A DNA stretch of 49,188 nt from positions 1 through 49,188 of the IMG/VR virus record IMGVR_UViG_3300043478_000058; one strand, 5' to 3'. Below the pieces are notes generated by a model. The model was not told the DNA's origin and did not search any database. It saw nothing but the letters and a program-made list of their open reading frames with translations. The stretch comes from a virus (taxonomy: Duplodnaviria; Caudoviricetes). Positions 28,173 through 36,272 of the stretch are shown here, in pieces (position 1 is the first letter of the stretch; every line of letters starts with the position of its first letter). A program made the position numbers and the translations under genes.

Positions 28173-28741
28173 ACCTTACGAAAGATGCTAACGCAGCGAA
28201 AGCGATTGGCGGTTGAACGGATGTATCCTATCATGCCAACGAGGTTGAGGGATTTGTTCGAGAACACAGGGAGAACTTGGTCGAGCCATACAAGGTATCC
28301 GCCAGGTTGCAAGACCGTGGCGCATTCTTCAACAACCCGTGGTCGGTTTATCAACCCTATTTTGTAGTGCTCCGCGTCTTCTTGGCTATACGGTGGGTCC
28401 GCATAAACCAGATCGGGTTTGAACGGCAGAAACGACGCAAGTTTTTCAGCATCGCCTTGAATGTCGGGTTTGTACTGCCCTGTATTGTCAATGCCAATTC
28501 GAGTATAGTTCCCCGGCGGCAATGAACCAGAGAAAAGGTGTATAATTTTTGTTGCATCCGGGAACAAGACTTGGATTCTTTCGAGGTAGTTCGTGTGGTA
28601 TGAGCCATAGAATGATGAGTGTCGGCCACCGCCTAAAAACCACATGCCATAGAGCATTTCATCGTGGTATTGGAGAGGTGGGAGTTTGGGGAACGCGGTG
28701 GAGAAAAGATTAGCGCGCTCGTAGAGCGAAAGGGGTTTCAT
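28169..28741 (-). CDS. Small amino (N6A/N4C) DNA methyltransferase
   Basis: SAM-binding-like HLFSGS, catalytic DLVYADPPY and VLQPGGYLVWLD. Confidence 0.7.
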   Translation of the reverse strand: MKPLSLYERANLFSTAFPKLPPLQYHDEMLYGMWFLGGGRHSSFYGSYHTNYLERIQVLFPDATKIIHLFSGSLPPGNYTRIGIDNTGQYKPDIQGDAEKLASFLPFKPDLVYADPPYSQEDAEHYKIGLINRPRVVEECATVLQPGGYLVWLDQVLPVFSNKSLNLVGMIGYIRSTANRFRCVSIFRKV

Positions 28742-30012
28742 CGGAATTCCACCTTTGGTAGGGTTGATTCGTAGTAACCCTTGAGTAAGTCACGCACGGC
28801 AACATAGCGTGCTTCATCAGTTTCAAAGCTGATAGGATAACGCCCAATCCGCGCAACGGATTCGCATGGTCCACCGCAAGGCATCAAGATTGTCGAACCG
28901 ATTTGACTTATCGGGCGCAAGAGGAATTCAATAAAGGACGCTGGTGGCCATTGACCGTCACGATTGGCAGAGAACACGGAGGAATTGGATGGGTTGAAGG
29001 GTTTGGGGTTGCCTTTTGCGAGGACCGTGAAATGTTTCGCGTTTTGTGCAAATGGGAAAACTTCGTCTGGTTCCATGCCTAGGACGTTCCATATCACTGG
29101 CCAAGGGATAGAAAAATGAGTGTTGGTAGGAAAGCACGTTCGCCACCAGATAGCATCTTCTGATCTCACGATTAAATAAGAATCCATTTTTATCAAACGG
29201 TCTATTTGTTTCCATCCTTGTTCGTCGAGTTGGTCAAGTACAAGCGCGCATGACACGAAATCCGCTGGCAGGTCGGCCTCTGCGATGGTTTTGAAGTCAC
29301 CGTGAAAAACCATGTTAGAAAGCTGGATGATGGTGGGGTTGACAACAGCCTGTTCCTCGAAAAGCGGCAGGCCGCCGGTGTTGACAACATCAACTTCTTT
29401 TGCTCGAAACGCAGCGCGACGGCGGTTTTGTTCTTCCATTAGTACAAGCTCGTTGCGCTCAAGAAGGATTTTAAGGCCGTCGGTGTAGGTTTCGGCTTTA
29501 GCAACAGCGCCTTCACGGTCACGTAGGATTTCTTCCGCAAGTTGGAGGGTGTAGCAAACCTTTGCGCGCGACACACCAAGTAACTCGCCTGTTTGCTTTT
29601 GTCCCCACTCCGCGCCTTCTATGGCCCATTTTATCTTGTGAATGCGGTCAATACCAATAACTTCTTCTTGCCATGTGCGGTTTTTACGCCGTATGTCTTC
29701 CTCGAATTCGACAAGCTGGCGCTTGAGTTCGGTTTGTTCGTGGTAGAATACGAAACCCGGGCGAGTAGGGTCACAAGAAGTGCCGTGGAAGACGTGCGTA
29801 TGACCAAGTTGCATAAGAGCGTGCATCCGGCGACGACCGGCTACTAGGCGCGGAAACATAGGACCATCTTTACCATACGCGCCAATCATTTCAATAACAA
29901 TCGGCTGAATCAACCCGAGTTCCTTTATCGAATCCATCAAGCCTGTGACGTCGCCCATGTCTTGCCGCTGACGACTTTGTATGTCAATGTGTTGTAGTTC
30001 GATGGTTTCCAT
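28738..30012 (-). CDS. ParB/Srx N-terminal domain plus HTH fused to a degenerate methyltransferase-like domain
   Basis: RQR.D.GDV..L..SIKELGLIQPIV...LVAGRRR..A and E.EEDIRRKN.TWQE, followed by an HTH (QKQTGELLGVSRAKV). The C-terminal region follows an MTase layout but lacks DPPY and FxGxG. Confidence 0.7.
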   Translation of the reverse strand: METIELQHIDIQSRQRQDMGDVTGLMDSIKELGLIQPIVIEMIGAYGKDGPMFPRLVAGRRRMHALMQLGHTHVFHGTSCDPTRPGFVFYHEQTELKRQLVEFEEDIRRKNRTWQEEVIGIDRIHKIKWAIEGAEWGQKQTGELLGVSRAKVCYTLQLAEEILRDREGAVAKAETYTDGLKILLERNELVLMEEQNRRRAAFRAKEVDVVNTGGLPLFEEQAVVNPTIIQLSNMVFHGDFKTIAEADLPADFVSCALVLDQLDEQGWKQIDRLIKMDSYLIVRSEDAIWWRTCFPTNTHFSIPWPVIWNVLGMEPDEVFPFAQNAKHFTVLAKGNPKPFNPSNSSVFSANRDGQWPPASFIEFLLRPISQIGSTILMPCGGPCESVARIGRYPISFETDEARYVAVRDLLKGYYESTLPKVEFR

Positions 30013-30299
30013 TAGAATGGTTCGTTGTCGTTACCCTTTTTTTGTTTTTTGCGCCTTTCGAGTGAGCTTTTCTTTTCATGGCATTTGTTGCACAACACCT
30101 GTAAGTTCCCTTCTTTCAACATTTCACGATAGAAACGCATTCGAGTGTCGTATGGCCATTTTCCGTGCCCGTTGCCAGCGGGTTTTTTGCAATCGAGTTC
30201 GAGGAAGCGTGTTTTACCACATTTGGCGCACTCGTAACCGAGTTCTCGAAATATCTTCCGGCGCAACTTTCGCGCCCAGTCCCTTTGGCGCGCTCCCAT
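30012..30299 (-). CDS. HNH-like Zn-binding endonuclease homologue
   Basis: CAKCG...LELDC..P...NLQVLCNKCHEKKS. Confidence 0.65.
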   Translation of the reverse strand: MGARQRDWARKLRRKIFRELGYECAKCGKTRFLELDCKKPAGNGHGKWPYDTRMRFYREMLKEGNLQVLCNKCHEKKSSLERRKKQKKGNDNEPF

Positions 30300-30305
30300 A
30301 ACGCG

Positions 30306-30662
30306 TTATTCTTTAGGCCACTTGCCACTATCGACAAGCAAAGCTATTATGGCGTAGTTGGAGATGTCGCGAAGGGTATCGCGAATGGACTCGTTCATTG
30401 CGCGCTTACGCTTCTTGCCAAGAAGGTTCGTAAGCCGCGAGAACTTGTCATCCATGCGGATGTAGACACCCAAAACGCCGTGGTTTGAAATGTTTTTCGA
30501 GCCGTAGTCTTGGTGTTTTTTGTCTAGGAGCACAGTGTTGGCAATAGCGACTTTGAGGGCTTCAATACCGGCTGCGGTTTTGATACCAAGAGTCTTGGCA
30601 ACGTAAACCTCGAACGGTTCAGTTGCAATCTCTTTTTTCAATTCTTCGTTTGCTTGGTCCAT
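30306..30662 (-). CDS. DUF1599 / nucleotide-modification-associated domain 1 (MazG-like fold)
   Basis: KKHQDYG..NI...GV.IRMDDKFSRL.NL...ESIRDTL.DISNYAII. Confidence 0.8.
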   Translation of the reverse strand: MDQANEELKKEIATEPFEVYVAKTLGIKTAAGIEALKVAIANTVLLDKKHQDYGSKNISNHGVLGVYIRMDDKFSRLTNLLGKKRKRAMNESIRDTLRDISNYAIIALLVDSGKWPKE

Positions 30663-30681
30663 GTTGTTGTAAAAATTGTAT

Positions 30682-30782
30682 TGGACGAGGCAAGGGATTT
30701 AACCTTGCACGCCGAGGCGGTGTTATCCATAACAGTTTACTCGGCTAACTTACCGCTGCGTCTCCGACTCCGCCACTCGTCC
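30682..30782 (-). ncRNA. tRNA-like RNA with an expanded anticodon arm (anticodon not assignable)
   Basis: On the minus strand: acceptor stem GGACGAG/CTCGTCC plus A, a Leu/Ser-type D arm TGGCGGAGTCGGAGACGC, a GCGGT/ACCGC stem enclosing 30 nt, and a T arm GCAAGG-TTAAATC-CCTTGC. Confidence 0.6.
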
Positions 30783-30788
30783 ATTTTG

Positions 30789-30851
30789 CGCCATAGTGTC
30801 CACGGTTTCACACATTGAAGTGTTACTTTGTCCATGCGAACAGCTATGGCG
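30789..30851 (-). ncRNA. Small structured RNA candidate
   Basis: An 8-bp closing stem CGCCATAG/CTATGGCG encloses the hairpins TGTTC-GCAT-GGACA and ACAC-TTCAAT-GTGT. Confidence 0.4.
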
Positions 30852-30858
30852 AAGGTTT

Positions 30859-30945
30859 TGAGGCACAGGCACCCTTGCGGGTTTGGTGAGCCGCTGTTCA
30901 TACGCGTTGCCCACCTGCTTCGACCGACGCACCGGTTGTGCCTCA
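30859..30945 (-). ncRNA. Cloverleaf-shaped structured RNA candidate
   Basis: A 9-bp closing stem TGAGGCACA/TGTGCCTCA encloses three hairpins, including GGTGGGC/GCTCACC and CCC-GCAA-GGG (GNRA loop). Confidence 0.45.
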
Positions 30946-30953
30946 TAAGGTTG

Positions 30954-31122
30954 TTACGGTTTCACGAAGCCGTTGGCTTCTGCCCAATCATACAATTGAT
31001 TTTTGGAAAAAAACTTGGTCTACGTCCATGTTCTTGGCAATCCAATCGACAGATTCTTCCAGAATTCCTGTTCCTATCACGGCTTCAATGAAGTCCTTAT
31101 CTTGTTTTGCATTGGTAGCCAT
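30954..31122 (-). pseudogene. Small phage gene frameshifted at an A7/T7 run
   Basis: MATNAKQDKDFIEAVIGTGILEESVDWIAKNMDVDQVF continues as SKNQLYDWAEANGFVKP only if one base of the run at 31007-31013 is removed (span 169 nt = 3n+1). Confidence 0.5.
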
Positions 31123-31125
31123 AAA

Positions 31126-31623
31126 CTACGCCTTGATAAACTGCACGATGTCGTTCGTTGGTGGCAGCGTCCTACCACTCTCCTTGTCACGACGCTCGGG
31201 AAGTGCGTCGAGTTTCACGCGAATCATTCGGCCCTGTAAGGCTTTGCATTTGGTCTCGAACGACCCATCGAACAAGTCCTTTCCAGTGATACCAGTGACT
31301 GGCGGCTTTATAGCTTGAAGGATTCTCGCAGCGTTTTTAACGATGATTTCCTTCATTTGGTCCTCGGTCTTTTTTTCGCTCCTGGTCTTGAGTGAGAGTT
31401 GGGATGTGACGACCTGACCTATGTCGAACTTCTCACCCTTGATGCCTTCGGTTGCGACTGTCGTCGCAAGCTTGAAGACCCAGTTTTTGCCGTCGGAGGC
31501 TTTGTTGTCTGCGACGTTGGATTCTTTTATGACCATGTCGTAGATACCTGCCTTGATAATTGGGAACGAGGTATCGACGGAGTTGAGGTCGAGGTCTAGG
31601 AGGGATTTTGGTGTTTCAGTCAT
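31126..31623 (-). CDS. DUF669-like single-stranded DNA-binding protein
   Basis: L.SVDTSFPIIKAGIYDMVIKES...K.SDGKNW...LQGRMIRVKL...NDI; it lies just downstream of the AAA/exonuclease pair. Confidence 0.65.
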   Translation of the reverse strand: MTETPKSLLDLDLNSVDTSFPIIKAGIYDMVIKESNVADNKASDGKNWVFKLATTVATEGIKGEKFDIGQVVTSQLSLKTRSEKKTEDQMKEIIVKNAARILQAIKPPVTGITGKDLFDGSFETKCKALQGRMIRVKLDALPERRDKESGRTLPPTNDIVQFIKA

Positions 31624-31663
31624 TTTGTTTGGTGGTTTGGTTGTTTTTGTCAGTTTGAAAGCG

Positions 31664-32047
31664 TTACACGCATTGAAGCTTGCGCTTTGTTACCATGCGC
31701 GCTGGTTGAGCAGGAACTTCTTCGCAGTATTCGACAATCTTGCAGTTTGGAGGTGGTTCTCCTTGCCACATGCGAATGGTGATTCCATTGATTGTGGTTT
31801 GGTAATTAATCCTGTCTCCAACGTCGTCGGGTGTTTTATCCCATTTCCCGCCAAGGGCTTTGATGACGCTTATTACCTGTTCGTGCGTTAAACGGTCGAA
31901 ATCTATTTGCTTGTCGTAGAAGAAACCTCCTCTATCGCCAACGTCGATTTCATCGAAGCCTGGGATGGTTTCTAGTGTTGCAAGTTGTTGCTGTTTTCTG
32001 CGGATATCTTCTTGCAGTCGAGCTTTGATTTCGTCTTTTGTTTTCAT
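31664..32047 (-). CDS. Hypothetical protein
   Basis: MKTKDEIKARL...PPPNCKIVEY.EEVPA...KRKLQC; the start codon is uncertain (32047 or 32059). Confidence 0.55.
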   Translation of the reverse strand: MKTKDEIKARLQEDIRRKQQQLATLETIPGFDEIDVGDRGGFFYDKQIDFDRLTHEQVISVIKALGGKWDKTPDDVGDRINYQTTINGITIRMWQGEPPPNCKIVEYCEEVPAQPARMVTKRKLQCV

Positions 32048-32132
32048 TGTGGTGTTCATTTTTTTGGTTGTAGTCCTATCCATACAAGGAACAGGATAAA
32101 TGCGATGGCGACGGCGAAAGGAAGGGTGTTGC

Positions 32133-32918
32133 TCATTGTATCTTGTCCTCCGAGCCGTAGATTTCCTGAAATGTCGCGCCGCATTTGGCAGGGAGGTTGT
32201 TAGGATAGCGTGCTCCGATGGCCTTGACAAAGTTCTCGGGTTGGGTCAGGACAAATGGCTTTGGTGGGTTGCCTTTTTCGAGAACCTGGTAGAAGAATTG
32301 TGAGAACAATCCCTGAATGCGCTCGCGTAGCGCGGACGGGATCATTGGAAGGGTCTTGACTTCGTTTGTTAGCTCGTTCTTGTCCTCCGTGCTGTGCATG
32401 ATGAAGACGGTGTGGCATGGTAAACCCTGAACAACAGCGATGGTTTGTTGGACCTTCTCGCCAGCCATATGTGCCCATCGCCGGGCATCTTCCATTGCTT
32501 TTGACTGTACCATGCCGATGTGGCCGATAACGGCGTTGGTAAGACCGGTGACCGGGTCAACAACAACAGTCTTCCATGGACAACCATTCGTTATGATAGC
32601 GTTGAGGACGTCAGCGAATAGGATAAACGGTGTGCTATCGCCTCTTGAGTAGTCCAACGACAAATCCTTTCGCGCAACGGTTGAGAAGTCGATAGCGAGG
32701 ATCGGTGGGAGGTCTTTTTGCGCCATCTTGCAGAATTTGACGATGTCGGCGGTGTTTGGCAAGCACTCCATGATGGGTTGCTTAACGATGTCTAGGCCGC
32801 CACGGTCGAATTCGAGAACGAGCATTGGCTTAGGGTAGGTTTCGACAACAGCGCCGGTTTTGTAGGTTAAGGGCGGTCCCATCCGACCCTCACGAATATA
32901 GCGTTTTAGTGGTTGCAT
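32133..32918 (-). CDS. AAA_24 / Sak4-like RecA-fold ATPase
   Basis: Variant Walker A GPPLTYKT, Walker B TVVVDPVT and VFIMH; located in an exonuclease-ATPase-SSB trio. Confidence 0.7.
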   Translation of the reverse strand: MQPLKRYIREGRMGPPLTYKTGAVVETYPKPMLVLEFDRGGLDIVKQPIMECLPNTADIVKFCKMAQKDLPPILAIDFSTVARKDLSLDYSRGDSTPFILFADVLNAIITNGCPWKTVVVDPVTGLTNAVIGHIGMVQSKAMEDARRWAHMAGEKVQQTIAVVQGLPCHTVFIMHSTEDKNELTNEVKTLPMIPSALRERIQGLFSQFFYQVLEKGNPPKPFVLTQPENFVKAIGARYPNNLPAKCGATFQEIYGSEDKIQ

Positions 32919-32920
32919 GG

Positions 32921-33103
32921 TCAGGATTCTTTGTTGCAACAGACATATTCCGTTAGTTCCTCAATAAGACCTTCCGCCATTGACGGACTTCTTAGTTCTA
33001 TGCAAACCGATGGCAGAGTGTCGTCACACGGGTACGCGATTAACAAGCCAGTGTCGGCGTCAACGACAACGCGTCGAGCCTTAAACGATATTGGGAGTGG
33101 CAT
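32921..33103 (-). CDS. Small hypothetical protein
   Basis: 60-aa ORF filling the gap between the nuclease and the ATPase. Confidence 0.4.
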   Translation of the reverse strand: MPLPISFKARRVVVDADTGLLIAYPCDDTLPSVCIELRSPSMAEGLIEELTEYVCCNKES

Positions 33104-34082
33104 TGGATGGTTTGTTTAGGGGTGTCCAGGTGTCGTCTACAAACATATTAGATTGCAGCATTAAAGGGCGTTGGTTGGCAGGAAGAGAGCAGACATCGTA
33201 GTATTGACACCTCCCGTATTTCGCAACGCACCACTTGCGCTTTTGTGGCAAGTAGCCACGGCAATAATGCCACAGCATTTCTTCAATAAGCGCAGTGGTA
33301 TTCCGCTCCCATTCGTCGATTTCGTCTTGGTTGATATAGAATGGTTCGCGATAGAATTGCTCAGTCCACCACTTGTCAAGCGCCTTGGTATCGCCAGCGA
33401 TAAGCCCAGCGTCGAGGCACTTTTGGGTTGGAACCGAGGTGCGAATCGCGTCAACGATGTAGCCCATTGGGAGTGTGTTGAAAGCCTTTTTGAACGCCCA
33501 ACAATAGCCGCGCATTTGTGGCGACATCTTCATCTCGTACGAAAACATCGAACCGAGTTGGAAGGTGGTTTTGTGGTCAACAACCCAGCGAGTGCGGTCG
33601 GGTTTCTCGATAGCAAGGTCGATTTTGCCACAGAAGTAGATTGGGATTTCTTCGTTAGAGGTGTTGCTTTGTTTTGGTGCAAACGCGGTGAACAGCTTAA
33701 AAGCAAATGGGAATTCGACAAACGGACCTTCTGAGGTTTGCAAAGGTTTCCAAGGGTCGTCGCGATGGTGGACCAGATAACGATGAAGGGTTTCGATGGC
33801 GTGGGATTCGGAGCGATGGTCTTCAGGAGGTTGTGGATTCGCGATGAAGTGCTGTGTTGTCAATGCAATCGCGGCTTCGATACCATGGTCACGTTCAAGC
33901 TCCGCAAGTGCGATGTGTATGCCTGTGCCAAAGTTCAGCGCGGGCTTGGAGAACGCGGCAGTGCGATTCAAAAGAAAGCGGTTTTTCCACTGCTCTGGGC
34001 ACTCGTTCCATTCGTCCATGATGCTGTTGTCGATGAAAAGAGCGCCATTGACAAGAGGAAGGGGTGGGAGTGGGTTGGTCAT
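33081..34082 (-). CDS. PD-(D/E)XK exonuclease (RecB/Cas4-like)
   Basis: ECP...ALNFGTGIH, GKIDL...VVDHKTT, Q..GY, and a C-terminal C....RCQYYDVC cluster. Confidence 0.85.
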   Translation of the reverse strand: MTNPLPPLPLVNGALFIDNSIMDEWNECPEQWKNRFLLNRTAAFSKPALNFGTGIHIALAELERDHGIEAAIALTTQHFIANPQPPEDHRSESHAIETLHRYLVHHRDDPWKPLQTSEGPFVEFPFAFKLFTAFAPKQSNTSNEEIPIYFCGKIDLAIEKPDRTRWVVDHKTTFQLGSMFSYEMKMSPQMRGYCWAFKKAFNTLPMGYIVDAIRTSVPTQKCLDAGLIAGDTKALDKWWTEQFYREPFYINQDEIDEWERNTTALIEEMLWHYCRGYLPQKRKWCVAKYGRCQYYDVCSLPANQRPLMLQSNMFVDDTWTPLNKPSNATPNIV

Positions 34083-34208
34083 AACAACGCTTTACTGAAC
34101 GAATTCTACGAAGTGTTTCACGGTTAGTGGTTTTTCAAAAGCATCACAATGATTCCCGCTGTCGCGATAACAAGCCCCCAAAACCAAGCGCGGATGATGT
34201 TTTGCATG

Positions 34209-34490
34209 TTACTCAAACACTTGTTCCGGTTCCTTTGGTTTCTTCTCCTTTTTTGTTCCGCTTTCGAGCCTTAGATGTGCCATGAGTGTCTGATGCTGCA
34301 ACTTGCAATCGCGGATCGACGTCACCCATTTTTCCAGCTCCTGGTCCGACATCTCCACTAGTGGTTTCGACGGGCTTGTTGGAGTCGGTCCCGCTGGCAA
34401 GGTTAGTAACGGGCCTTCTAGGGTCGATAACGATATCTGCGAATGCAATGGCGGATTGGAAACGGACGGGGTCGTATTCTCGGAGTCCAT
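34209..34490 (-). CDS. Hypothetical protein nested in another frame of the neighbouring gene
   Basis: KPLVEMSDQELEKWVTSIR reads like a real helical motif. Confidence 0.4.
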   Translation of the reverse strand: MDSENTTPSVSNPPLHSQISLSTLEGPLLTLPAGPTPTSPSKPLVEMSDQELEKWVTSIRDCKLQHQTLMAHLRLESGTKKEKKPKEPEQVFE

Positions 34491-34665
34491 GATGTTTACA
34501 CGCTTTTATAAAGCGCGATAGTAGGATGTTTATGGTTATTTGAAGGACAGAACGGTGTGGAAAAATTCCACGTAAGAAGGCATTGTCACGCTGAGCGACT
34601 TCGATAGTGGTGTTTAACAACTCAGTTTTAGGGAGGTGGTCGTATGGGTCGCGGAATTCGCTCAT
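34213..34665 (-). CDS. Hypothetical protein
   Basis: ATGA-coupled to the upstream gene; the N-terminal half looks globular. Confidence 0.5.
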   Translation of the reverse strand: MSEFRDPYDHLPKTELLNTTIEVAQRDNAFLRGIFPHRSVLQITINILLSRFIKACKHHGLREYDPVRFQSAIAFADIVIDPRRPVTNLASGTDSNKPVETTSGDVGPGAGKMGDVDPRLQVAASDTHGTSKARKRNKKGEETKGTGTSV

Positions 34666-34928
34666 ATTTTTGTTAGTGTGACTTGAAAGGGGGTTTCGAC
34701 GGTGGCGTGATGGGTTCCAAAACCGTAAGTATCACGAATTTTTTCGTGTTCGACTATTCTGAAACTCTCGTTATCTATGATTATGTATATTGAGCCAACG
34801 ATTGTGGACTTAGCGTTTAGCTGTCTTTTCACCGCTGTCCCTAGAAGACAATCGTTGCACATGTACTCTTTGGCGTTTCTTGCGTCTTCTGGAGTGATGT
34901 CAACGATTATTTCGTTTGGAAGAATCAT
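34662..34928 (-). CDS. Small phage protein (VT..D......C...A..R pattern)
   Basis: IIVDITPEDARNAKEYMCNDCLLGTAVKRQL; coupled start and stop overlaps. Confidence 0.55.
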   Translation of the reverse strand: MILPNEIIVDITPEDARNAKEYMCNDCLLGTAVKRQLNAKSTIVGSIYIIIDNESFRIVEHEKIRDTYGFGTHHATVETPFQVTLTKI

Positions 34929-35443
34929 AGAATGATGAAGGTATGTGGTTCGGTGTCTTCGATAAAGGCGATATCGTAGGATTCTTCAAGGTGGGTTCGA
35001 GTGTCCTCGTCCACGCTCTTGACGCGAACGCTTAGAGCAGGGAACAAAGCGCGGCTTGACAAGATACCGCAGAGGTTTTCGAGAAAACTGTTGTCCCGGA
35101 GTTCGACAACAGTGCTAGCATCCGCACCGAACTTCGCACCAGCAGGCTCTTTTACCGTCACACTATCGCCTATAATAATCTTCCCATCCGCGCGCATTGA
35201 GACAACAATAGACTTCTCGTGCTTTGCCCACAGCATTTCGTCTATAAGCGAAGATGGATGGTGATGCACGCGCTTGGCTTTTAGGGCACTGCGTAGGGCA
35301 CTGGCATATGAGTCTGGTGTGAGACCTAATATACGTGGATCTACAACAAGAGCACGAGGGAATTGTTCCACGACTCGACCGATAACGGCGGCGAAACGGT
35401 CAAAAGCTGTTTTGCGGTACTTGGATGGAATCGAGGAGTGCAT
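34925..35443 (-). CDS. Hypothetical protein
   Basis: 172-aa ORF in the operon with an A-rich leader. Confidence 0.55.
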   Translation of the reverse strand: MHSSIPSKYRKTAFDRFAAVIGRVVEQFPRALVVDPRILGLTPDSYASALRSALKAKRVHHHPSSLIDEMLWAKHEKSIVVSMRADGKIIIGDSVTVKEPAGAKFGADASTVVELRDNSFLENLCGILSSRALFPALSVRVKSVDEDTRTHLEESYDIAFIEDTEPHTFIIL

Positions 35444-35473
35444 TTTTTGCTTTAGGATTTAGCAGCTGAACCC

Positions 35474-35881
35474 TCATTCAAAAACAATTTCCATTGCTTC
35501 ACGCTTGAGCGCACGACGTGCATCGCGCTCAGCTTTCAACGCTTTGTTGGCTTCGCGAAGCTTGTCACGCATACTCTTAGCCAAAGCTTCGTTTTGTTCG
35601 TGGTCAATCTTGAATATCTCGCGGCATTTGTTACAACACCACATAGCTTTCGGCAAGTACGAATACCGCATGAACACGGAGTTCTTTGAACCGCATTTGC
35701 TACATGGGTGTAGGCTGTAGCGTTGCGTAACGCGGTTTTGAACATCCTTACCATACCAGCCAAGGCGTTGGTATTGTGTGATGCGACGGTTGGTGAGTGG
35801 ACCGAGTACAGGGTCACGCCAAGAGGATCGTAGGTAGCACGATGGGTCCATTGTGACGAATGGGGTGGTGCGTGTGGTCAT
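35474..35881 (-). CDS. Zn-finger-containing hypothetical protein
   Basis: ATGA-coupled start, CSKCG...CCNKC and a C-terminal coiled coil. Confidence 0.55.
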   Translation of the reverse strand: MTTRTTPFVTMDPSCYLRSSWRDPVLGPLTNRRITQYQRLGWYGKDVQNRVTQRYSLHPCSKCGSKNSVFMRYSYLPKAMWCCNKCREIFKIDHEQNEALAKSMRDKLREANKALKAERDARRALKREAMEIVFE

Positions 35882-36096
35882 ACAGAGAGTTCTTTGTATT
35901 TTGCGTTTAGTCGTTCTAGTTCTTCCATGTAAGGTTGAACAGCTTTTTTCAAAGGCGTTTTCATGACACCAACTAACTGTTCTCCGTTTTTCCAAACCGC
36001 GTATAGCTCCGTTGCAGCAATCAAACCCTCAAGAAAGCCTATACGATGTTGGTATTGTTCTTTTGTTATCATAATGAGCCATGGTGGGGTGTTCAT
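35878..36096 (-). CDS. Hypothetical protein
   Basis: GFLEGLIAA..YAVWKNGEQLVG, a recurrent small phage protein pattern. Confidence 0.55.
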   Translation of the reverse strand: MNTPPWLIMITKEQYQHRIGFLEGLIAATELYAVWKNGEQLVGVMKTPLKKAVQPYMEELERLNAKYKELSV

Positions 36097-36272
36097 AGCT
36101 GTTCAAACACTTGCGTGGCATAGAAACCACAATCTAGCATGTCAAGCCAAAGTGACCTTTTTGCATGGTCATCTTTTGGATCCTCTTCACTTAAGAGCGT
36201 GCGACGTCTATAAGTTTCGTTGGCTACAAGCTCAAAGAATTCTTTGTCGGTTAGTTTTTCGACATCAGTCAT
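36093..36272 (-). CDS. Small hypothetical protein (59 aa, not in the ORF track)
   Basis: MTDVEKLTDKEFFELVANETYRRR... with ATGA overlaps at both ends. Confidence 0.55.
   Translation of the reverse strand: MTDVEKLTDKEFFELVANETYRRRTLLSEEDPKDDHAKRSLWLDMLDCGFYATQVFEQL

Noticed and set aside
30737-31091. Short ORFs over the structured-RNA cluster
   Set aside because: They lack protein-like character or start context, and the RNA stems explain the sequence better.
33081-34082. Cas4 as evidence of a CRISPR system
   Set aside because: The context (AAA ATPase plus DUF669-like SSB) is a standard phage recombination module, and there is no array.
34083-34208. Hydrophobic stretch LVLGLVIATAGIIVMLLKNH on the minus strand
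   Set aside because: It has no in-frame ATG ahead of it after the preceding stop and is too short to support as a gene.
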